DNA from: a virus
Lineage: Duplodnaviria > Caudoviricetes
Reading direction: 5' to 3' (one strand)
DNA length: 40,601 bases
IMG/VR virus record: IMGVR_UViG_3300025133_000010
Location: 1 to 40,601 of that record
Shown here in pieces: positions 31,746 through 40,601 of the stretch (position 1 is its first letter; every line of letters starts with the position of its first letter). The position numbers were made by a program, and so were the translations under genes. The notes below the pieces were generated by a model, which was not told where the DNA came from, did no database searches, and saw only the letters and a list, made by a program, of their open reading frames with translations.

Positions 31746-34264
31746 TGCTTGTTTCCAAGACCATCCCGAACCTCATTAACGGGGTTTCACAGCAGCCTGA
31801 CTCACTAAGGTTTGCAACCCAGTGTGCAGCTCAGGAGAATGCCTATCCATCAGTGGTCGATGGTTTAGCCAAGCGTCTCCCCACAGAACACCTTTTGAAT
31901 ACAGGGATCACCGGGGACGCCAAGACATTCGTTCACACCATCAACCGTGATGAGACCGAGCGGTACTCTGTGATCATACGGGATGAGTCTATTACGGTCT
32001 TTGACCTGGTGAACCTTAATGAAGAGACCGTGGACACCCCTGATGGTGTCACCTACCTAGGCACAGACAACGCAGACACAGCCTTTCGGGCTGTTACGAT
32101 TGCTGATGTCACCTTCGTTGTAAACACCGAGACAGTGGTGGCGATGGATACGGATGACACCCCATCCTCTGTGAACGCCAATGAGGCTCTGGTGTTTATC
32201 AAGCAGGGGGGTGATGCTGGCGACTACGAGATTGATGTTGATGATGGAACCACCACAGTCAACGCATCTATAACAGTAGCTTCCCAGTCCTCCTCAACCA
32301 TCGCCGCAGACCTTGCGGGCGACATTCACGGTCAGGGTGACTTCTCAGCCACTGCTGGGAACAATGTGGTCTACATCACGAACAGCAGTGCTGACTTTGA
32401 GATCAACGTCTCCCACACTGATAGCACCACCGCCATTGAGGTCTTCAAGGGCTCTTGCCAAAGGTTCACAGACCTCCCCACATACGCCAAGGACGGTCTG
32501 ATCCTGAAGGTTGAGGGGGAGCCATCAGAGACGCTGGATGATTACTATGTGAAGTTTGTATCACTAGGGGCCGCTGGAAGCATTGGTGAAGGCACTTGGG
32601 AAGAGTGTGCTGGCCCCGCACTAGATGGCGCTTTGAAGTTTGATGCGGCCACTATGCCCCACGTCCTGATCCGCCAGGCTGATAGCACGTTTGTGTTTAA
32701 GAAGGCTGATGGAGATACCCACACCAGTGGGACTGACCCATACCCAGAATATGACTACTCCACGTTTGGGTGGGGCAACCGGCTGGTTGGTGACACAGAC
32801 ACCAACCCCAATCCCAGTTTTATCGGTGAGAAGATCAATGATGTCTTCCTGTTCAAGAACCGACTGGGGTTCCTTGCAAGTGACAACATTCTCCTCAGTG
32901 AGTCTGGAGAGTTCTTCAACTTCTTCCGAATCACTGTGGTAGACCTTCTGGACACATCTCCGATTGATGTGGCATCTGCTCACAATCGAGTTGCAGTGCT
33001 GCGGCACGCTGTTCCATTGGCTCAGAGGTTGATCCTGTTCTCCGATACTACACAGTTCATCCTTCAGGGTGGGGATACACTGACTCCAAAGACGGTCTCA
33101 ATCGCTCACGCAACGAGTTATGACTGTCTCTTGAGTTGCCCCCCGGTTGCCGCTGGCTCCTCTGTGATGTTCCCGTTCAATCGTGGATCTTTCTCAGGTG
33201 TTCGGGAGTATGTCCCAAAGCATTCAGTGGAAGACCTGTTTGATGGTGTTGATATCTCAGCCCATGTCCCAAAGTACATCCCAGGCAAGATTACTAAGAT
33301 TGCTGGAGCGACCCACGAAAGCGTTCTGGTGTGTATGACGGATGGGGATCCTGATGCCCTATACATTTACAACTATCACATGGCGGGCGAGGAGCGTCTC
33401 CAAAGTGCTTGGCATCGGTTTGAGTTTGGTACTGGGACTAAAATCCTTGGGGTAGACTTTGTTGAGACCAATCTCTACATGGTGGTCCACAGGTCTGAAG
33501 GCGTATTCATCGAGAAGTTGGCCTTTGAGTTGGGGAAAAGTGACCCAAATTCTTTATACATGGCACGGTTGGATCGAAGAACTACCGCTGGGACCCTCGA
33601 CAGTACTGGCAAAATCCTTACCCTTCCTTATGAGGTCACCGAAGGTCGCACCAACATTGAGGTAATCACTTCAACGGGAACCCGAGTTCCTTTGCTCTCC
33701 CCACCATCGGTTGAGGATACAACTGTGGCCCTTCGGGAGTCCCTCCTAGATATCGAGGACTTTGGTACCCTCACAGAAACAGCCTCTACAGCGGATGACT
33801 GGGGTACTTTAGGGTCCGCCAGTTTAACAGGGGATTATGGAGACGTGTCGGGGGTGATTGACGCGGTGGATTTCTATGTAGGGGAATCCTATGAGATGTC
33901 CTACCAGATGTCAGATGTCACCCTCAAGGAACCTTCTCCGGGTGGGGGTCGAGCTGTAATCACAGATGGGCGGGCCCAGATCCGTTATGGAACTCTGGTG
34001 TATGCTGATAGTGCCTACTTCTCAATGGAAGTCCAACAAGATCACAGAGACAACAATTCTCATGTCTTTACTGGCCGAGTCCTTGGTTCTGCTCTGACCC
34101 TTGGTGAAGTTCCTTTGGAAAGCGGGGAGTTCCGATTCCCTGTGTTTTCTAAAGCCGACCAAGTTACAATCACGATTAAGAACGATAGCCCTCTTCCCAG
34201 CAACCTGATGTCAGCGGAGTTTGAACTGAATTGGAGTCCAAGAGCGAAACGAATCGGCCTGTAG
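31745..34264 (+). CDS. Tail tubular protein B (T7 gp12-like)
   Basis: IPNLINGVSQQPD, TMPH.L.R, PSF.G..I..VF.FKNRLG and QSAW..F. Confidence 0.95.
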   Translation: MLVSKTIPNLINGVSQQPDSLRFATQCAAQENAYPSVVDGLAKRLPTEHLLNTGITGDAKTFVHTINRDETERYSVIIRDESITVFDLVNLNEETVDTPDGVTYLGTDNADTAFRAVTIADVTFVVNTETVVAMDTDDTPSSVNANEALVFIKQGGDAGDYEIDVDDGTTTVNASITVASQSSSTIAADLAGDIHGQGDFSATAGNNVVYITNSSADFEINVSHTDSTTAIEVFKGSCQRFTDLPTYAKDGLILKVEGEPSETLDDYYVKFVSLGAAGSIGEGTWEECAGPALDGALKFDAATMPHVLIRQADSTFVFKKADGDTHTSGTDPYPEYDYSTFGWGNRLVGDTDTNPNPSFIGEKINDVFLFKNRLGFLASDNILLSESGEFFNFFRITVVDLLDTSPIDVASAHNRVAVLRHAVPLAQRLILFSDTTQFILQGGDTLTPKTVSIAHATSYDCLLSCPPVAAGSSVMFPFNRGSFSGVREYVPKHSVEDLFDGVDISAHVPKYIPGKITKIAGATHESVLVCMTDGDPDALYIYNYHMAGEERLQSAWHRFEFGTGTKILGVDFVETNLYMVVHRSEGVFIEKLAFELGKSDPNSLYMARLDRRTTAGTLDSTGKILTLPYEVTEGRTNIEVITSTGTRVPLLSPPSVEDTTVALRESLLDIEDFGTLTETASTADDWGTLGSASLTGDYGDVSGVIDAVDFYVGESYEMSYQMSDVTLKEPSPGGGRAVITDGRAQIRYGTLVYADSAYFSMEVQQDHRDNNSHVFTGRVLGSALTLGEVPLESGEFRFPVFSKADQVTITIKNDSPLPSNLMSAEFELNWSPRAKRIGL

Positions 34265-34716
34265 ATCTCTACATCCGTATCGCGGAACTTGAGGATTGCT
34301 CTTGGGTTGCTGAGAATATCCGAGAGGCGGATCGCAGAGAGATCCTCGCCTTCAGTGGGTGCTCCCCAAAGGAGGCCATTGTAAATGGGTTTCATTACTC
34401 AGATATCCCATTCACTATTGTTGTTGGTGGGGAACCCGCTGCGATCTTTGGTGCTGGTCCTGTAGAGCAGGGCGTAGGTGCGATCTGGTTGTTGGGTACT
34501 GATGGGATTCTGAAGAACACCACTCGGTTCCTGAGAGAATGCCGGTTCTGGCTTGATCAATGTGCCCGACCGTATGACATGCTTTTCAACTATGTGGATG
34601 CCAGGAACACTGTCCATATTAAATTTATCAAGTGGCTGGGATTCACTGTGATAAACACCCATAAAGAGTTTGGCGTTGAGAAACGTCCTTTCCATGAATT
34701 CGTAAGGATTTGCTAA
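34231..34716 (+). CDS. T7 gp13-like protein (acetyltransferase-like fold)
   Basis: R.AD..E, IWLLGT, NYVD.RN.VHIKF.KWLGF; gp13 position. Confidence 0.85.
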   Translation: MESKSETNRPVDLYIRIAELEDCSWVAENIREADRREILAFSGCSPKEAIVNGFHYSDIPFTIVVGGEPAAIFGAGPVEQGVGAIWLLGTDGILKNTTRFLRECRFWLDQCARPYDMLFNYVDARNTVHIKFIKWLGFTVINTHKEFGVEKRPFHEFVRIC

Positions 34717-35444
34717 TGTGTGACCCAGCTTCTATGGCAATCGCAAGTTTTGCCGTATCTGGCGCATCAACTGCTGCGTCATTCTATGGTCAACAACAAC
34801 AAGCAGAGAGCCAAGACGCTTTCAACCGTCAACGCCAAGCGTTGGGTACTCAAAGAGCTTTGGCGAACTACACCAACCAATCTCGTCAGGCTAGAGAACG
34901 CCAACTCCAAGAACGAGAAGCTGCTGCTAACGAGATCAACGCGGTCTACCGAGAGTCTCGCAAGAGGATTGCGACTGCTCAGGTGGCTGGTTCAGAGGCG
35001 GGGGTTGCTGGTGGATCTCTCCAAGCCTTACTGAATGACTTCCACAGACAACACCTAGAGTTCGGCACCAACGTCCACAGGAACCTAGAGTTCCGCGAAG
35101 ACAACATTGAGGACCAACTTGAGTCTGTCCGTCTCGGGGCACAGGCCAACATCGAGAACCTCCAGTTTATGCCTGCGGCAAGACCTTCGTTCCTTGGAGC
35201 AGCTCTTAGGATTGGTTCTGCTGGCCTTGGTGTATACAACCAATACATGACAAACACTGGGGGTTGGGGGCCAAGCCCTGGAGCTGGTGTTGGTGGTGCT
35301 GGTGGTGCTGGTGGTGCAAGAGCCTTTGGCGAGTCAGGCATCCCCTATGCCCCCCACTCAGGAAGCCCCTTTGGCTATGGCGGCATGGGGCCACCTTATT
35401 CCGATGGCTACTGGGGAGGAATGCGATGGAATCAATATGGGTAG
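34716..35444 (+). CDS. Internal virion protein (T7 gp14-like)
   Basis: MCDP start, Q/A-rich helices and E.GV.G.S motif; gp14 position. Confidence 0.82.
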   Translation: MCDPASMAIASFAVSGASTAASFYGQQQQAESQDAFNRQRQALGTQRALANYTNQSRQARERQLQEREAAANEINAVYRESRKRIATAQVAGSEAGVAGGSLQALLNDFHRQHLEFGTNVHRNLEFREDNIEDQLESVRLGAQANIENLQFMPAARPSFLGAALRIGSAGLGVYNQYMTNTGGWGPSPGAGVGGAGGAGGARAFGESGIPYAPHSGSPFGYGGMGPPYSDGYWGGMRWNQYG

Positions 35445-35455
35445 TGAGATAAACA

Positions 35456-37759
35456 ATGGCTAATCGACAACAAGTCGGGGACTTCAATCCCTATAAAGCA
35501 TTACAGCCGTCCCAACAGGTAACTGATCAGTACATCACTCCCGGTTACTTCCAGATGCCCCAGAACGAATGGATCGACATTGCTCGGTCTCTCTCAGGTC
35601 TCTCTGGCACCTTGTCAGAGGTCACTGGGAATATGCAGAAGGCTGAGGTAGAGGCTGAGATCCAGCAAGGAACTGCTCAGGTCGATTTGATGACTGAGGA
35701 TCAGTTGGATGCCGCTCTAGCCCTACAGTGGCGTCAGGCTGGTCTCCCAGAGGGTGCAAGCCCCCTTGCTCAGAAGTCCATCCTTTCTCATGCGGGTTCT
35801 AAGAAAGCTCGCAACGCTCTTGAGCAGTTCCGCATCAGCAACCTAGATCGCTTTTCTGATCCGTACAGTACCGAAGACCCCCGTGCTGCAATGCAGCAAG
35901 CCTTTGAGCAACTTGGGATCTCTGGGTTCTACGCAGGGAACGCTGCTTCTGCTGAGTTCTCTAAACAAGCCAATGCGTTCTCTGAACAGGTGTATCAGGC
36001 GAGGGCTGCGAGGACTTCTAAGCAACTCCGCGAAGATCTAACAGACAACCTTTCGGAAGCTCTAAAGGGCTGGCGGGGGGATCCAGACGGGGCATTTGAT
36101 CAGGTGGAGGAACTCATCGGAATTGGTTATTCAAGACATGGTATCGCGGGGGATGTTGAGTTCTTCAACGCTTTCCGTAACATCTATTTGGAGGCCAGAG
36201 AGGACCAAGATCCAAAAGCGGGTGATCTACTCACAAAGTTTGAAAGCATCAAGGTCGGCTCTGCCACGATGGGTAAGAGATACGCTTCAGAACTGTATGA
36301 CCTTGAGAATGCTGGGGATCGTGCGGAAGAGTCCACTGAACGGAAAGAGAGGAATGACAGGACAGACCAACTTCTAAAAGCGAGTGATGCAATTTCTGTC
36401 CTTATTTATGAAAACCGGCCAGAACTGGCTGAGATGGGTGCAGCGAACGCTCAGAATTTCATTGAAGACGCACTAGAGTCAGATGAAACCTTGGATAAGG
36501 TTGGTGTTGCGAAAGCTATGGAGCAGTTCACAACTCTTTACGCGAAGGCTGTTGCACCTACAACTGACATCACAGACCGTGACGCTTTTGACAGTCTTTA
36601 TCGGGAGGTGTGGGAGGGGCGGATTACCGTCAGAGACGCGCAGTTGCAAAGTCTCGACATAACGATGTCAAGTGAAGATCTGGTCCGCATGGAGAAGGCG
36701 ATTAAAACCCTTGAAGATGACCAAACCAATGACCGGCTTCGTCCATCCAAAAGGACGATGGAGTTGAATGCTAGGGGTTTAGTTGGTGTGAGAGACGAAA
36801 TTACAGGGGAACTTATCTCACGTTTCTACGCACAGGATATTGATCTGAAGAATGAGTTCGATGCGAGATCAAGGGCAGCGAACCAACTGAGACTCAAATT
36901 TGGTGGGGAAGTGAGTAGAAAAATAGATTCTCTCATTTCAAAACACTGGGATGATGAGGCGGATGTTGGAGATATTCTGTCGAAGATTCGGGAAGACCTC
37001 GACCCGTGGGCCTCAGAACGAATACAAGTGTTGACGGAGGGTGTGGAAGCCCCCGCACGGAAGGGTGTGGATGTTATCAAAGGGGAGAAACCAAAACTTC
37101 CTGTGGATATTGCTGCCGATGTGGTGGCTGAACAATCATCCATCTGGTCCTCCCAACAATTCCCTAAAGTCACTGAATCGTTTGTGGGCACTCTGCGAAA
37201 CCCAGAGTCAACTCTTGAAGAGAGGCTCGCGTCATTCGGAGCAATGGAACAAGCATCTTCTGATCAGTTGGTAATTTTCAGAACACCTACCGCCACAAAC
37301 CCAGACGGGGTGTTGGATTACACATTCCGTTCTGATGGTATTCACAAGTCTGTGAAAAAACTACGACGTACTGGTCCGCGTGGCACAGACTTTAAGTACA
37401 TCACCCAAGAAAGTCCACAACCAGATGAGAATCTGACCAAGCACTACTTTCTCGCTCGATCCTTCGCTGAACCCTTGACTATCGAAGAGTTACAGGCTGG
37501 GGAAACTAAAGATGGGGTTGGGATCACCACTGCCCATAAAAACCCAAAACGATATCTGTTTGTAAACAACCGCGTGGATCTTGAATCAATGGTGGCTGAA
37601 TACGACCTGGCTCTTGAAAACAACACACCTGTTGGTGAGACGCGGGTTGGTGCACTTCTGATCGCTCTTGGTACTGATGCAGGTCTGCCCGCAGATTTCT
37701 TCCGCTACCAGTCCCTGCAACTTGGTCTCAAGCCCGCTGACGTTAAAGGATCTAATTGA
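35456..37759 (+). CDS. Internal virion protein (T7 gp15-like)
   Basis: 767-aa helical protein between the gp14-like and gp16-like genes. Confidence 0.75.
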   Translation: MANRQQVGDFNPYKALQPSQQVTDQYITPGYFQMPQNEWIDIARSLSGLSGTLSEVTGNMQKAEVEAEIQQGTAQVDLMTEDQLDAALALQWRQAGLPEGASPLAQKSILSHAGSKKARNALEQFRISNLDRFSDPYSTEDPRAAMQQAFEQLGISGFYAGNAASAEFSKQANAFSEQVYQARAARTSKQLREDLTDNLSEALKGWRGDPDGAFDQVEELIGIGYSRHGIAGDVEFFNAFRNIYLEAREDQDPKAGDLLTKFESIKVGSATMGKRYASELYDLENAGDRAEESTERKERNDRTDQLLKASDAISVLIYENRPELAEMGAANAQNFIEDALESDETLDKVGVAKAMEQFTTLYAKAVAPTTDITDRDAFDSLYREVWEGRITVRDAQLQSLDITMSSEDLVRMEKAIKTLEDDQTNDRLRPSKRTMELNARGLVGVRDEITGELISRFYAQDIDLKNEFDARSRAANQLRLKFGGEVSRKIDSLISKHWDDEADVGDILSKIREDLDPWASERIQVLTEGVEAPARKGVDVIKGEKPKLPVDIAADVVAEQSSIWSSQQFPKVTESFVGTLRNPESTLEERLASFGAMEQASSDQLVIFRTPTATNPDGVLDYTFRSDGIHKSVKKLRRTGPRGTDFKYITQESPQPDENLTKHYFLARSFAEPLTIEELQAGETKDGVGITTAHKNPKRYLFVNNRVDLESMVAEYDLALENNTPVGETRVGALLIALGTDAGLPADFFRYQSLQLGLKPADVKGSN

Positions 37760-40601
37760 TGCCTCTTTCAGATTATCTGGATACCCCCGAATACGGCAAC
37801 ATGTGGGAAACCGCAACAAAACCAAAGACTGTTGACGCGAGGCAGGAAGAGTTTGGATTCTTCGATTATCTCGGAGACATCGCTGCCGCTCCATTCCGGG
37901 GTATCGAGGGAGCCTTCCAGGGTGTCTACAACCTTGCGGACTACATGACCTTTGATGCTTTGCCCGACTATGACAACAGGTTGTTGGGGAAGTCCTCCAC
38001 AATGGTTGGTGGTCTGGTTGAGGGTATCTCTCAGTTCGCCATCCCGTTTGTTGGTGTGGGTCTCGGAGCTGCTTCTAAGATTGGTGCACTCACCAAAGTC
38101 TCAGGGGTACTCACGAAGGCTGAGAAGGCTGCTGGGACTGGCAGGAAGGCTGCTGCGATTGCTAAGGGGAGGGAGCTTGGTAAGTATGCAGTCGCTGGTG
38201 CGGTCACTGACTTCGCTGTGTTTGATGCACACGAGGCTCGACTGTCAAACCTGATTCAGATGGCCCCATCGCTCCAGAACCCAATCACGGAGTATCTCGC
38301 ATCTGATGAAGATGACTCGGAGATTGAGGGTCGATTGAAGAACGCCATCGAGGGTCTTGGTATTGGTGGTCTCATGGACACCTTCATCCAAGGACTGCGT
38401 GGTTTCCGTCACGGCCTCAAGGCTAAGGCTGCTGGGAAGTCTCCTGATGAAGTCATGCAAGCCGTTCAGGACGGTGTTGTTGACATGAAGGGCTACCAGA
38501 AGGTTGCGGAGGTTCGTGAGTACACCACCTCTGTTGCCAAAGCACTGAACATCGAAGAGGACCAGGCAACTGGTGTGGTCTCTCTGATTAACAGCCTTGG
38601 TATAGACAGAAAATCTATTCAGTTTGAGAAACACGATCCACTGGTAGATAAGGGTTACGCCAAGTTTGAGGACACACTTGTTGATACCCGGACCACTCAA
38701 GGTCTCGTTCAATTCAAGGAAGATGGGACGGCCATCATAACCGGGTTCAGAAGTGCAGATGTCTCAACTGGGATCCATGAAGTTGCCCACGTTGCTCGTC
38801 GTTGGTTGTTGAACCGGAATATGCCGGAGCAAGCACGGAGAGGGATCAACGAGAAGGAACTGGATCGTATTGAGAAATGGGCCGGTGTCACCGAAAATGG
38901 TTGGGTTCGGGATGCTGAAGAGAAGTTCGCCAGAGGATTTGAGCGGTACATCCGTGACGGCAAGGCTCCCACCAAGGGACTTCAGGGTCTCTTCACGAAA
39001 CTAGGTGGATGGATGCGGGATGTCTACGAAGATGTCTCAGGTTCCCAGATCGACATTGAGATGAATGCAGAGATTAAGGACATCATGGGTAACCTGATGA
39101 CCCGTGAAGGTCTCCCGTCTCGTCCTGCTCCTGGTGGGGTGAGGTCGTTGGCTCAAGGGGCGGAGGAAACCCCGGAGTTCAAGAACTGGTTTAGGGATGC
39201 CTCGGTGGATGTAAAGACACCTGAAGGAAAGCCACGGCAGTTCTATCACGGGACAAAGCGTGATTTCAGTGAATTCAAAGGCGACCAACGTGTAGGCGAT
39301 GGTGGTTTGATCTATTTCTCTACGGATCCTAAGTTTGCCGCAGATTGGCCTCGGGGAACTGGTGGGCTTCGTAAACCACCAAAGGACATTGCGGAATCCG
39401 TTGAGGAGATGAAGAGGTATCAAACCGAACTCGTTGGGTCAAACGAGGAATTGAAATTGCTTTCATTAGATGAAGTCTCTGCCAGGGTGGATTGGGCGAA
39501 GACTGAAACCGTAAAGAAGTTTGGGTTCAAGACACCTTGGGAACTAGAGAGTGCAGGTGGAATTCGGGTTATACCTGCCTACCTCTCGCCTAAAAAGGTG
39601 TTTGATCCGCGAAAAGATTATCGAGAGGTAGAAGATTTTCTACTTGCAAACACTGAAACCCCATCTCTTATAAAAGCCGGGCACCACAAACACGGTAACT
39701 GGATTATTTACGAAAATAAGGCAACAATCCAAGAGCTTGATCGCCTTGGGTATGACGGGATTTGGCTTACTGAAACTGTGGATGGTCCTCACAAAACAAT
39801 GGCGGTTTGGAACCCTACCCAAATCAAATCCGCAACCGGCAACCGTGGAACCTTTGATCCTGCGGACCCAAGCATCCTCCGCCAGAGTGATGATGAGTTG
39901 TACGACCTTGACAACTATATGGATGAGGTCCGCGCCGTCTCTGACGAGGAAGCCTTAAAGACTCCCGCCCAACGACAAGCGGACCTGAGAGCTGGTAAAG
40001 ATCCTGTGGGTGGTAAGGTAAATGCTAGCCGTCTCACCACCGAACCAGAAGTGATGAAGATGATTGCCCGTGAAGCAAGAGATTTTGAAATAGACCCAAG
40101 TAAAACTTTGGGGGAGTCCGCCGGGCAAGGACGAGAAGAGTTGGGTGAGGTTGCGGGTTGGCTCAAGAATGTTACAGATGATGGTACTCTTGAGGCTGTG
40201 GCGAAGAATACAGAGGTTGCAACTGAACAGCTTCAGTCCGCTCTCGCCAAAGCAAACGGGATCCGAAACTCACTGAAGAAGCTCTCAGCGGATATGTATG
40301 AGGTGGCAAGATTGGGAGAAGGGGCTGGTTTGGATGATGTTCTGAAATTTGTGAGAATGAAGCAGGTCCACGGTGTCTTCCTGAAAGCCTCTATTAACAC
40401 TGGCCGCAACATCGCACAAACTTTGGCTGGTCGGAGGTTCACACCATATATCGAAACTGATGCTCGCGTGATGCCAGAGGAACTGGTGACTGGCGGTAAG
40501 GGCGAAGGTCTTGGTCCCGGTAAAGGTCCAGGAGAAGGTGAAGGTCTTGGTCCCGGTAAAGGTCCAGGAGAAGGTGAAGGTCTTGGTCCCGGTAAAGGTC
40601 C
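37759..40601 (+). CDS. N-terminal part of the gp16-like ejection protein, with HExxH peptidase-like and ADP-ribosyltransferase-like domains (missing from the ORF track because it runs off the end)
   Basis: TGATG-coupled start at 37759 (MPLSDYLDTP...). The segments I translated by hand are open and in frame with 12..2378. Motifs RLSNL..NPITEYLA...EGRLKNA, HEVAH, FYHGT and QIKSATGN.GTFD. Confidence 0.88.
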   Translation, partial: MPLSDYLDTPEYGNMWETATKPKTVDARQEEFGFFDYLGDIAAAPFRGIEGAFQGVYNLADYMTFDALPDYDNRLLGKSSTMVGGLVEGISQFAIPFVGVGLGAASKIGALTKVSGVLTKAEKAAGTGRKAAAIAKGRELGKYAVAGAVTDFAVFDAHEARLSNLIQMAPSLQNPITEYLASDEDDSEIEGRLKNAIEGLGIGGLMDTFIQGLRGFRHGLKAKAAGKSPDEVMQAVQDGVVDMKGYQKVAEVREYTTSVAKALNIEEDQATGVVSLINSLGIDRKSIQFEKHDPLVDKGYAKFEDTLVDTRTTQGLVQFKEDGTAIITGFRSADVSTGIHEVAHVARRWLLNRNMPEQARRGINEKELDRIEKWAGVTENGWVRDAEEKFARGFERYIRDGKAPTKGLQGLFTKLGGWMRDVYEDVSGSQIDIEMNAEIKDIMGNLMTREGLPSRPAPGGVRSLAQGAEETPEFKNWFRDASVDVKTPEGKPRQFYHGTKRDFSEFKGDQRVGDGGLIYFSTDPKFAADWPRGTGGLRKPPKDIAESVEEMKRYQTELVGSNEELKLLSLDEVSARVDWAKTETVKKFGFKTPWELESAGGIRVIPAYLSPKKVFDPRKDYREVEDFLLANTETPSLIKAGHHKHGNWIIYENKATIQELDRLGYDGIWLTETVDGPHKTMAVWNPTQIKSATGNRGTFDPADPSILRQSDDELYDLDNYMDEVRAVSDEEALKTPAQRQADLRAGKDPVGGKVNASRLTTEPEVMKMIAREARDFEIDPSKTLGESAGQGREELGEVAGWLKNVTDDGTLEAVAKNTEVATEQLQSALAKANGIRNSLKKLSADMYEVARLGEGAGLDDVLKFVRMKQVHGVFLKASINTGRNIAQTLAGRRFTPYIETDARVMPEELVTGGKGEGLGPGKGPGEGEGLGPGKGPGEGEGLGPGKG

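Noticed and set aside
19281-37759. Canonical ~23-bp T7-type promoter repeats
   Set aside because: No convincing multi-copy consensus was found by eye in middle or late intergenic gaps; a motif search is needed.
40475-40601. 127-bp end repeat as the biological terminal repeat
   Set aside because: It lies in the middle of the gp16-like gene and has a typical k-mer length, so it is best explained as an assembly overlap.

Overview
The window is an apparently complete, circularly permuted genome of a temperate T7-like podophage (Autographiviridae-type). Positions 1-127 repeat exactly at 40475-40601, so the unique length is about 40,474 bp. All real genes lie on the + strand. The modules are: an early region of small genes (12.4-14.9 kb); a MarR-like regulator, tyrosine integrase and attP carrying the 5' half of a tRNA-Leu(TAA); a single-subunit RNA polymerase; replication genes (SSB, RusA, primase-helicase, Pol A, exonuclease) with inserted i-type lysozyme-like, sigma-region-4-like, split cytosine methyltransferase and LAGLIDADG genes; and the T7 head/tail/core genes, tail fibres and terminase. 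The most striking unexplained signal is regulatory. A non-canonical ribosome-binding motif, GAGGATG(A), sits at the starts of most early genes, the MarR-like regulator, integrase, RNAP, both primase-helicase starts and DNA polymerase, but not at the late gene starts I inspected. A small transcription unit with its own promoter and terminator (about 14983-15045) carries the exact complement as an unpaired seed, so it is a candidate trans-acting sRNA master repressor. Early genes also carry repeated, covarying RNA hairpin leaders. The gp16-like ejection protein contains inserted metallopeptidase-like and ADP-ribosyltransferase-like domains. All protein assignments come from motifs and gene order recognised by eye; no searches were run.
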